A DNA stretch of 64,000 nucleotides from Candidatus Entotheonellaceae bacterium (lineage in GTDB: Bacteria > Tectomicrobia > Entotheonellia > Entotheonellales > Entotheonellaceae): positions 2,336,001-2,400,000 of the forward strand of contig OZ250173.1 of the NCBI GenBank assembly GCA_965238075.1. Direction: 5' to 3'. This document shows positions 20,452 to 28,797 of the stretch, piece after piece. Below the pieces are notes generated by a model. That model saw only the letters and a list, made by a program, of their open reading frames with translations. It ran no database searches and was not told the DNA's origin. Each line of letters starts with the position of its first letter. The stretch's first letter is position 1. The translations under genes and the position numbers were made by a program.

Positions 20452-20690
20452 ATGACGATGCGTGACATTGCCATCGTCGGTCGCAACAACTGATATGGCT
20501 TGACCCGGGATGCCGAAATCCTGCGCCAGGGGCTTGTGACCATAGGCGTTCAGGCTGCTCTGTTCGACAGGCGAAAGCGGTCATTGATGGACCGTTTGTG
20601 CCGCCGGGAAGTGGCTGATCTGGTCATCCATCTTGAGCGCATTCATCCAGCTTGATTGGGGGCGGAGAGCCGCTGCGCTCTGATATCGTC
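20452..20690 (+). pseudogene. Glycosyltransferase N-terminal relic
   Basis: GGAGG RBS, then MTMRDIAIVGRNN*YGLTRDAEILRQ...DLVIHLERIHPA*LGA; two in-frame TGA, truncated. Confidence 0.6.
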
Positions 20691-20825
20691 GTCGCCCGGG
20701 TGTATCAATAGGACGCTCCCCTTATAGAAATTCGATGAATCGGCGAGAGTTGAAGGCTTGCAGTGATGTTAAGCGATTCCCAAAATGTCGTTACGTGTCG
20801 ATAGAAAAGAACTGCAAAGCTAGAA

Positions 20826-22022
20826 ATGAGCAAACCCGAAGAGCCCCTGCGAATTGCCCTTGCTATTCCTCATTTGGGTGGTGGCGGCGCGGAACGTTCC
20901 GTACTGAGGTTGGCGCGTGGGTTGATTGAACGCGGTCATGCGGTAGATATCCTTGTGTTCGGAAAAACAGATACGCTTGCAAGCGAGGCTCCCGCCCAGG
21001 CTCGCCAATTCTCGTTGGAGCAGCAACGGATCAATGAGTTCCGTGATCGCATGCGCATTGTGCGACGCTTCGGTTTCAGAATACTCAGGTTTCTGCGGAG
21101 AGATTTGCTCAGCGACGCCCGCTCCGTGGCTGCCTATATCGACGAAGAACAGCCGGACTGCATCCTCCCTTCACTCCCCAGAGCTAAATTGGCAACATTG
21201 CTGGCAGTCTGTTTTACCAAGCTGAACCCGGTAATAATTCCGATTATGCACAGCGTTTTGATGAACAGAAGGCGGAGGTTGCGGAACCTCTACGCTACCC
21301 TGTTTCCCATTGCAGATCATATTCTTGCCGTATCGGATGGCGTTGCCGACAGCGTCGCTTTCAAACTCCATGTCCCTCGCAACAGAATTTCTCGAGTCTA
21401 CAATCCGGTTGCCATCGCAGAAATCGATGAGTTGGCTCGGGCTATTCCCGAGCATCCCTGGATGCTGGACGACGGACCCCCGATTGTGTTGAGCACTGGA
21501 CGGCTGGCGCGGGTCAAGGATTTTCCCACCTTGCTGCGAGCGTTCCGGCAAGTCTCCCGGAATCGCCAAGTCCGCCTGATTATTCTTGGGGAAGGAAGCT
21601 GGCGACAACGGTTGGAAAACATGATCCGCAAAATGGGCATTGAAGCAATCGTGTCTTTGCCCGGCTGGGTCTCGAATCCCTACGCCTTTATGAGCCGCGC
21701 CTCGGTGTTCGTTCTTTCATCCAAGTTTGAAGGCTTAGGCAACGTCTTGATTGAGGCAATGGCATGCGGCTGCCCCTGTGTTAGCACGAACTGCCCCTCC
21801 GGTCCGGCGGAGATTCTCGATGATGGCCGATTCGGACCACTTGTTCCGGTAGGAAACGAATCAGAACTTGCGGCGGCTATGGAACACGTTCTCGATTCCC
21901 CCCTGAACAAAGACATATTGCTGGCCAGGGCGAAAGCGTTCTCGTTCGACGCCTCGGTCGGTCTCTACGAGCGTATTATCGTTGATCTGATAGGCAGACG
22001 TCGCCATCGGCAGCCGCACTGA
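20826..22022 (+). CDS. Glycosyltransferase family 4
   Basis: GGGAER, GRLARVKDF, SKFEGLGNVLIEAMACG (EX7E). Confidence 0.92.
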   Translation: MSKPEEPLRIALAIPHLGGGGAERSVLRLARGLIERGHAVDILVFGKTDTLASEAPAQARQFSLEQQRINEFRDRMRIVRRFGFRILRFLRRDLLSDARSVAAYIDEEQPDCILPSLPRAKLATLLAVCFTKLNPVIIPIMHSVLMNRRRRLRNLYATLFPIADHILAVSDGVADSVAFKLHVPRNRISRVYNPVAIAEIDELARAIPEHPWMLDDGPPIVLSTGRLARVKDFPTLLRAFRQVSRNRQVRLIILGEGSWRQRLENMIRKMGIEAIVSLPGWVSNPYAFMSRASVFVLSSKFEGLGNVLIEAMACGCPCVSTNCPSGPAEILDDGRFGPLVPVGNESELAAAMEHVLDSPLNKDILLARAKAFSFDASVGLYERIIVDLIGRRRHRQPH

Positions 22023-22096
22023 ACATACAAGGCGTTATATGTCGACACTGTTCGGCGGATAATTGAAAAGACTTGCCATCACGAGGGGACCAGACC

Positions 22097-22891
22097 GTGA
22101 AACTGTTTGTCATCAATCTCGTCAAGGCCGAGAAACGCCGTCGCCGGATGGAGCAGCAATTCGCGTCGTTGGGTTTGGAAGCGACGTTTCATCGCGCCCT
22201 TGACGCTCAAGAACTCACGCCAGAGCATTATGCCCAAGTTGACAGGGAAACCCGGCGACGGCTGGGCCTGTGGCCCCAAGCCGACGGCTCAGTCGCCAAT
22301 TGGATAAGTCAGCGTCAGGTGATGCGAGAGATCGTGGAGAACGGCCCGGAAACTGCGGCGATATTTGAGGACGACGCCGTGTTGTTGCCAGACCTCCCGG
22401 AGGTTCTCGATGCGCTGGAGCGCAGGCCGTTCGCCTTCGACATCGTAAAATTGAATCGCCGATCGCTTAAAAAGACCTTCGTTCCGGTGAGCGTCTTGAC
22501 AACAGGACATCAGGTCGGCCGAGTACGCTACTCTGACTATGGCAACGAAGGCTACGTCATGACGCGCGATGCCGCTCGTCACTTCCTGGAAAACACGCCG
22601 AAGATGATTTGGGAAATCGACCAAGCGCTTCCTCGTTTTTGGGAAAGTGGGCTGAACGTATTTTATCTCGACCCGCCCGTCGTCTCGCTAGATGAGCGAA
22701 GTGAATCACAGATTGAACGCTATCGTGAACTTTCACGCCAGAAACAAAGGAGCGACGATGGTGTTATGTATGTGCTCTGGAGGCGTGTGGTAAGCGCCCT
22801 GGTTCGGGAGGCGCATCGGCGCTTGGCATTCCACCGTTCGATGCATGGGGAAATCGGCGTTACACCGTGGCCACCGGACTCAGGCGCATAA
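22097..22891 (+). CDS. Glycosyltransferase family 25 (LPS/LOS type)
   Basis: FVINL...RR, IFEDDA, GYVMTRDAA, EIDQ. Confidence 0.85.
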   Translation: MKLFVINLVKAEKRRRRMEQQFASLGLEATFHRALDAQELTPEHYAQVDRETRRRLGLWPQADGSVANWISQRQVMREIVENGPETAAIFEDDAVLLPDLPEVLDALERRPFAFDIVKLNRRSLKKTFVPVSVLTTGHQVGRVRYSDYGNEGYVMTRDAARHFLENTPKMIWEIDQALPRFWESGLNVFYLDPPVVSLDERSESQIERYRELSRQKQRSDDGVMYVLWRRVVSALVREAHRRLAFHRSMHGEIGVTPWPPDSGA

Positions 22892-22921
22892 AGGTTAAAG
22901 TCCATGCCAGTGGACAATGCC

Positions 22922-23185
22922 TTACCCTGAATAAGTGAGTGCAAGACCGGCGGGGAATGAGACGGCAGGTTGCCAGCCAAGGAGGGGCGCGCGGCTGTAG
23001 TCGGCGGCTTTGCGGCGTTCCTCGAACGAACCGCGAGGGTTCGGGTAGATGTGCTTGACTTCGCTGCCGATGAGCCGGGCGATTTCCAGCACCGAGGTTT
23101 CCTCGTTAGTGCCGATGTTCAGGACGGTGTTGCGGGAGGCGGGAAGGTCTGCGTGGCAGGCTGACATGGTTGCCCGCACAACAGC
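22922..23185 (-). pseudogene. NAD-dependent epimerase/dehydratase C-terminal relic
   Basis: VVRA...VLNIGTNEETSVLEIARLI...ADYSRA.LLGWQPAVS; no N-terminal Rossmann domain. Confidence 0.75.
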
Positions 23186-23189
23186 CCGG

Positions 23190-23450
23190 AATTTTCAAAC
23201 CTGCGCAATCCTCACAACATGTGCATCATGGCAATGTGCAGTTCGGCATCCTTGGTTTGGCAAGCTTGCCGTACATATTCTATTTCAGATTCGCCATGCC
23301 CTCGGCACGCAGCACACCGTCCTCAGACAAGTCGGCGCGGCACTCCCGCTGTTATTTCTGGTGGTCAACTTTGGCGAATCCTACCTTTCCGCTCATGCCA
23401 CGTCGTTGCTCTTTGCGGCGTTCAGTTCATTCCTTTACAGGGACATATAA
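23190..23450 (+). pseudogene. O-antigen ligase (WaaL/Wzy_C-like) C-terminal relic, copy 1
   Basis: NPHNMCIMAM / QFGILGLASLPYIFY / QIRHAL...VVNFGESYLSAHATSLLFAAFSSFLYRDI* across two frameshifts; PHN...GILG motif. Confidence 0.65.
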
Positions 23451-23497
23451 ACTGCCCGTGTTTAGGATGTCCTCTTGCATGACAGTTTATCTGGTAG

Positions 23498-24378
23498 TTA
23501 CCGGCCATCGTTTGACTCTGCTTCCGACAAATTTTCATCTTGTCGGCCAATATACTTGTCCAAGCCTTCTACGGCGCGGGTAGCGCGTGATTCCACAACC
23601 ATTCGGAGGAGTTGCCGATTATGGTCCTCACGGCTTCGATCGGCAACCGGGTGCCACAAGTGCATAACGCCTGTGCCATAGCGCCCATCCTTGCGGTAAA
23701 TGCCGGCGTTCATTAAGCGCGTAACCAGTTCCTTATCCTCGCCACCCCAGCCTGCAAACCGTTCGTCGAAGCCGCCAACGGTTCTCAAGTCTTCCATCCA
23801 CACGGCCATATTGCAGCCATACAGCCGATTAAAGACCTCGGTCTAAAGTGCCGCCAAGGGCCATCCGGAAGGGAAAAGAAGTACAGGAGGTGGTTGGCCT
23901 TTTTGGTGCGGCGCATCCATACCCAATCTCTGAAGGTAGATCGGTGCAGAAGTTTCCGGCTTGACAGCGCTTCGTCCGTGAATGCCTGAGAAAGTTTAAT
24001 TCGACCGCCGGTTACGCATCTTCCCCTTTGGGCCAACGTCGCGTGACGAGACACGAAGTTGGGAAGCGGCACGCAATCGCCGTCGAGAAAGACGATGTAT
24101 GCCCCCGACGCCTTGAAAATCGCTTTGTTGTGCACCTCCGCTTTGCGGAACCCTTCATCCGGTTGCCACACGTGATGCACGGCACGCTGCCGGCAGACTT
24201 CATGCTCACGAATCAGCGCCGCGGTCGCCTCGTCCGAGCCGTCATCGGCAATGATGATCTCGAAGTCGGGGTAGTCCTGCTCATTCAGTGCGCACAGTGT
24301 TAGGTCCAAAGCGTCCGGTCTGTTGTAGGTGGATACGATGACGGTGATCTCAAGGGTGCTCGTTGTACTGTTCTTCAT
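23498..24378 (-). pseudogene. Glycosyltransferase family 2, split by a 1-nt deletion (real or sequencing error)
   Basis: STYNR, ADDGS, FLDGDC in ORF 24378-23785; GCNMAVW, GFDERFAGWGGED in ORF 23809-23498; one extra base in the A-run at 23831-23833 restores SFNRLYGCNM. Confidence 0.85.
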
Positions 24379-24381
24379 TCG

Positions 24382-25161
24382 TTAAACCGTTCCCTTAGGT
24401 AGTCTGCTGCGCAAAACCCGCTCGGCGGAGCGCAAGCTTTCCGGTGTGTCCACGTCTACCCAGAACGCCTCACCGATGTCCAATGCCTGGAACTGCCGAC
24501 GTGGAATCAGGTGGCGCCAGCCCGCGCTGAGAGAGCCCTCGCCAGCGGCTCGCGCTTGTTGCAGGGCGTCGAAGACCTTTGGCTGGCAGAAGAAGAGACC
24601 GGTATCAACCGCCGCGTAGGACTGAAGGTCCTTGCCGATAGCGGTGATCGTGCCGTCGGTGAGTTGAACCTTGGTGGCGTCGTCGAGGCGAAACACCCGT
24701 TCGGGGCGGTAATCTACCGCCAGCAGGCACTCGGCGCCTTCGCTGCCGGCATCCACCAGACGCTGCAGGATGGCTGGGTCAAAGACGTGATCGCACATGG
24801 CCAGGAGAAACGGCCCGCGTATATATGGCTGTGCTGCTAGCGCCGAGGTGCCGTTTCCCTCCTCCCAGTAGGGATTTTCCACGCCACGTACGACGATGCC
24901 AACACGGTCGGCCAATTCGTCGAGCCGTTCGTCGATGCTCTCCTTGCCGTAACCGAGCACGACGATGCACTCTCTGACCCCCACGTCACGGCAAGCCAGA
25001 ACGACGCGCTCCAGCAGGGTGACGCCCAGCAGTGGTGTCAGCGGTTTCAGGTATCCCCCGGGGCGCAGGCGTTGGCCCTTGCCGGCGGCCAGGATGACGG
25101 CCTGCAAACCGCTGCTTTCAGCGTACTGAGAATCGGCGAGTTGCCGCACGTGTGACCCCAT
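24382..25161 (-). CDS. Sugar/polyol-phosphate nucleotidyltransferase (IPCT/LicC-like cytidylyltransferase)
   Basis: AVILAAGKGQRL, KPL, GNGTS, MCDH, DDATKV, DTGLF, WVDVDTPE. Confidence 0.8.
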   Translation of the reverse strand: MGSHVRQLADSQYAESSGLQAVILAAGKGQRLRPGGYLKPLTPLLGVTLLERVVLACRDVGVRECIVVLGYGKESIDERLDELADRVGIVVRGVENPYWEEGNGTSALAAQPYIRGPFLLAMCDHVFDPAILQRLVDAGSEGAECLLAVDYRPERVFRLDDATKVQLTDGTITAIGKDLQSYAAVDTGLFFCQPKVFDALQQARAAGEGSLSAGWRHLIPRRQFQALDIGEAFWVDVDTPESLRSAERVLRSRLPKGTV

Positions 25162-25231
25162 TTACAAGCGCGTCCTCCAACGCCACTACCGGAAAACCGT
25201 GTTCTCGGTAGAAACCGACGGTTACCAGCAA

Positions 25232-25426
25232 CTAGGAATCGGACTCCGACAACTGTTCCTTGAGAGCCTGGAATCCGGCGTCGTTCAAACCGGTGGCGGC
25301 TTCGATGACCTCCCAGGTCACTCCGACCTTCAACAAGCCTTCCACGACTTCCACCTGACCTTTTATACGGCCTTTCACTTCGCCTTTGGCCTCCCCTTCA
25401 GCCAGCAACTCCTGCGCGTACGTCAT
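25232..25426 (-). CDS. Nested small C-terminal Rpn protein (RpnS-like antitoxin), 64 aa
   Basis: AAGGAGG 7 nt upstream of an internal in-frame ATG (MTYAQELLAEG). Confidence 0.6.
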   Translation of the reverse strand: MTYAQELLAEGEAKGEVKGRIKGQVEVVEGLLKVGVTWEVIEAATGLNDAGFQALKEQLSESDS

Positions 25427-26168
25427 AATCTCGCCTCCTTGCTCAAGTCCACGGCGTTGCAGCCTTTCCCTGAACCTTTCGATTACCTCACGATCCTGCG
25501 TTGCCATCAAGTACACGAAGAACTGACGAAACTCATTTGAGTCATCACTGGCGTGCAGCGACAAGACCAGTTGCGCCGTCAGTTGCAGTGCCGCTTCCAC
25601 GTGACGGTTGAATGCTGCCATCATCAACAACTGGGTGATGCGGCCTTTAACGCCGCCGGCGACCGCTTCGGGTTCCAGGGGCCGTCTGGTCTAACAGTTC
25701 ATGTTTAAACCGCGGTACCCACTGCCAGGGCCGTATGGCTTCAGGGAACAGATCGGCAAATTCGGTTGAGTAGGTCCAACCCCTTGGCCCTTGATAGAAC
25801 ACCACTGGCACGATGGGCCGCAACTCGGATGATTCCGGGTCATGTCGGCGATCGGTTTCCCAGATGCGGCAGCAATACTTCAGGAGTCGGAATCGCATCC
25901 AAGGGTCTGGTGACGACTGGTGCTCAAAGAGCAAATACATCGAAATTGGTTGTCCCGTCTCGTTATGTTCGATCTGGTAAAGCAGGTCGGATTGGCTGCC
26001 GCGCATCTCGTCATCGACAAAGCTGCCGTCAAGCAGAGTTAGGGTGGTCCAGTCGAAGTGATCTCGGATCGCACCGGGCAAGGCGGTTTGCAACAGACCG
26101 GCGGCTTCGTCGGCATTGGAAAAGACGGCCCGGAAAATCCTATCATGGGGTTGGTGGATGTCAGCCAT
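25232..26168 (-). pseudogene. Rpn/YhgA-like (Transposase_31) PD-(D/E)XK nuclease, frameshifted
   Basis: HDRIFR, SFVD, SDLLY, LFEHQS, RLLKY, PVVFYQG; extra base in the G-run at 25678-25681. Confidence 0.85.
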
Positions 26169-26253
26169 AGCCGAAGCCTTTGTAGGAAACCTTGCAGACA
26201 ATAATACCGTAACACACATAATCAGTAACCAGCCGCTTTCCACTTGCAGCGAG

Positions 26254-26342
26254 GTCGTTCGGTTTGGCGAATTCTGCCTGTTCATTCATGTGGCTGATCG
26301 CTGTTTGCGGTATTCAACTCCTTCCTGTACAAGGACATGTAA
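26254..26342 (+). pseudogene. O-antigen ligase C-terminal relic, diverged copy 2
   Basis: VVRFGEFCLFIHVA / LFAVFNSFLYKDM* aligns to copy 1 VVNFGESYLSAHA..LFAAFSSFLYRDI*. Confidence 0.6.
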
Positions 26343-26531
26343 CCTGCCGACGCCAGGGGTGTTCAAGTGTGACCGTTCATTTCGATGAATGGGAGGGGCG
26401 CCGCCACTTCGGCACCACGCCTGACAGACCGCCACGACCTCAAAACCATTGCCATGATTCTTCCTCAATCGGGTCGCACGACTTGAAAATCACTTATCTC
26501 AACGCACGACTATCCCGCATGGTGTATCATA

Positions 26532-27605
26532 ATGGCCTCAAACACCGTCCCGCTTAACGGTTTCCTCGCGTTCGACGAATTGCGACGTCTCCTGCTTATC
26601 CGTCTAAGCTCGTTGGGCGATATTCTGCTGCTGACGCCGCTGCTGAACCTGTTGCGCACTACGTGTCCCCAGGCGCAAATCGATGTGCTCGTGAAGGCCG
26701 AATACCATGACCTGTTGCGCGCCCATCCAGGCATTACCCGCCTGCTGATTTTCGATTCCCGGCAATCCTTGCTGCGCACGTTGCGCAGCCTGCGCGTGGA
26801 CTGCTATGACCTCGCCCTGGACTTGCACTGCACGCCGCGCAGCCAATTGCTCCTGCGGGGACTGAGGGCGCGCCGCAAGCTGGTGTACAACAAGCGGGTC
26901 CTGCGTCGAGCCCTGCTGGTGCGTCTGGGCTGGAACACGTTGCGGTGCATGACGCCGGTGCCCGAACTCTATGCGGCACCTCTGCGGCGTCTGGGCCTTA
27001 CGGGCCGTCTGGGTCCGCCGACAATGCACCTCGATGGTGAGAGTATGGAGGCGATGGAGGCCCATATCACCGGCAGCTTGCCCGACGCCCCGAATCAGCC
27101 GTTGCTGGCGGTGGCGCCCGGCGCCCGCTGGGCCACCAAGCGCTGGCCTGTGGAACGCTTCGCCGCTGTAGCACAGGAATTGGCGCGGGAAAAACAGGCG
27201 GCCGTGGTCATCCTGGGTGGCCCGGATGAAGCGCAACTGGCCCGCACCCTATGCGACAAGCTCGACGTGCCGGTCGTCAACGGCGCCGGCACCCTGTCAC
27301 TGATGAACAGCGCCGCCCTGCTGAGCCGATGCCGGTTGCTTATCAGCAACGATTCCGGCCTCATGCACATGGCTACTGCCCTACAAGTTCCCGTTGTGGC
27401 CATTTTCGGCCCCACCGTGCAGGAGTTCGGCTTCTATCCGTTTCAGGCCCGCGCCGAGGTCGTCAGCGAGCCCTTGTCCTGCCGCCCGTGCAGCACCAAG
27501 GGCTCGCAGCGTTGCCCGTTGAGGCATCACGCCTGCATGCAGGACATCTCAAGTGCCCGCGTTGTGGCCGCGGCCAAGGCCATGTGGAAAAGCGGTGTCG
27601 CATGA
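26532..27605 (+). CDS. Glycosyltransferase family 9 (heptosyltransferase, WaaF-like)
   Basis: IRLSSLGD, APGARWATKRWP, SNDSGLMH, FGPT, CRPC...CM. Confidence 0.9.
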   Translation: MASNTVPLNGFLAFDELRRLLLIRLSSLGDILLLTPLLNLLRTTCPQAQIDVLVKAEYHDLLRAHPGITRLLIFDSRQSLLRTLRSLRVDCYDLALDLHCTPRSQLLLRGLRARRKLVYNKRVLRRALLVRLGWNTLRCMTPVPELYAAPLRRLGLTGRLGPPTMHLDGESMEAMEAHITGSLPDAPNQPLLAVAPGARWATKRWPVERFAAVAQELAREKQAAVVILGGPDEAQLARTLCDKLDVPVVNGAGTLSLMNSAALLSRCRLLISNDSGLMHMATALQVPVVAIFGPTVQEFGFYPFQARAEVVSEPLSCRPCSTKGSQRCPLRHHACMQDISSARVVAAAKAMWKSGVA

Positions 27606-28708
27606 TCAGACTGCTTTTCGAAATCGGGCATTTATATCACCGTGCCGCTATCGACCCGCTTTACCAAGTGTTTCGCCGAGACCCACGTTACGATATCGCC
27701 TTCGTCTGCCCGAACGACGCTGAGCGCCGCTTCGGCCTGTTTAACCGCTCGCTTCGTCGGAACCTGGAGGCCCGTTTTCGCGCCGAAGGATTGCCGATTG
27801 CCGATGATACCCGCGGCTTTGACGTTGTAATCGTGGGCGATACGGTGCGTGACCCGAAGCGTTATGGCACCACCCTGTTGTGCTTCGTCAACCACGGCAC
27901 CGGCATCAAGAACATCCTGTACCGCAGCCTGCGTCGGCAGCCCCACACCCGTTACCAGATTTTCGTGGAAGGGGATTACCGGGTCGACAGGATTCGGCAG
28001 GCGAACGCATTGGGTGTGTCGACGGTGCACAAGGTCGGCCTGCCGAAGCTCGACCCTCTGTTCGGACCGCAAAAGCCGTCGCGCAGCGAGATCCTTCGCC
28101 GCCTCGGGCTTGACCCTGCCAAGCCGACCGTGCTGTTTGCGCCTACCTACAAGCCGAGTTGCATTGATATCATCCGGGAGCGCATCCTGACCGAAACGCG
28201 GCGGTATAACCTGATCATCAAGCTGCATCAATACAGTTGGCGGGGCAAATACGCCCCACACTGGCACCACAGGTTGTACCAGCGCGCCGTGAAGGCATTC
28301 CCGCACGCTGTGCTGTTACCGGTGGATGACTACAACATCGTGCCCTATCTGCATGCCGCGGATACGCTGATCAGCGAGGCGTCGAGCACCCTGTTCGATT
28401 TTCTGGCCCTCGACAAAACCGGCATCATTTTCGTGCTGCCCGACGCCGGTATGCACCATCACGACGGCGAGCCCCTGCTCGGCGAAACCATGCAGGACTT
28501 CCTCACGGGCGCCTTCCTGCACATCACCCGCCCCGATGAGATCGGCGACGCCGTAGCCGATGCTTTGCGGGACGATGCGGAGCGCCGGCAGCGTTCCCAG
28601 GCTTACCGCAACTACTTGTTTCACGGCCTCGACGGGCGCGCCTCGCAACGTACCAAGGCGGTGATTGAACGCCTGCTCGACGAGGGTGGGCACGCCAATC
28701 TGCCGTGA
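27602..28708 (+). CDS. CDP-glycerol glycerophosphotransferase (TagF/TagB-like) family protein
   Basis: NHGTGIK, GLPKLD, VLFAPTY, KLH, ADTLISEASS, DGRASQR. Confidence 0.75.
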   Translation: MIRLLFEIGHLYHRAAIDPLYQVFRRDPRYDIAFVCPNDAERRFGLFNRSLRRNLEARFRAEGLPIADDTRGFDVVIVGDTVRDPKRYGTTLLCFVNHGTGIKNILYRSLRRQPHTRYQIFVEGDYRVDRIRQANALGVSTVHKVGLPKLDPLFGPQKPSRSEILRRLGLDPAKPTVLFAPTYKPSCIDIIRERILTETRRYNLIIKLHQYSWRGKYAPHWHHRLYQRAVKAFPHAVLLPVDDYNIVPYLHAADTLISEASSTLFDFLALDKTGIIFVLPDAGMHHHDGEPLLGETMQDFLTGAFLHITRPDEIGDAVADALRDDAERRQRSQAYRNYLFHGLDGRASQRTKAVIERLLDEGGHANLP

Positions 28709-28739
28709 TGCCGGCACCCAGTGCCACAAAGCCTATAAA

Positions 28740-28769
28740 CGTTGTTATAACAACGAATTCCAGTACAAT
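28740..28769 (+). promoter_or_regulatory. Perfect 16-bp palindromic operator overlapping a candidate -35 of the carboxyltransferase promoter
   Basis: CGTTGTTATAACAACG (28740-28755); TTGTTA then 16 bp then TACAAT (28764). Confidence 0.65.
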
Positions 28770-28797
28770 TGGGAAGCTGTGAGAAAAGGATATGTAA

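Noticed and set aside
20452..20690. Selenocysteine or TGA recoding
   Set aside because: The fragment is truncated, no SECIS-like hairpin is evident, and TGA is a normal stop elsewhere in the window
19444..26500. Integron cassette array
   Set aside because: No integrase and no convincing attC pairs between genes; gene orientations are mixed
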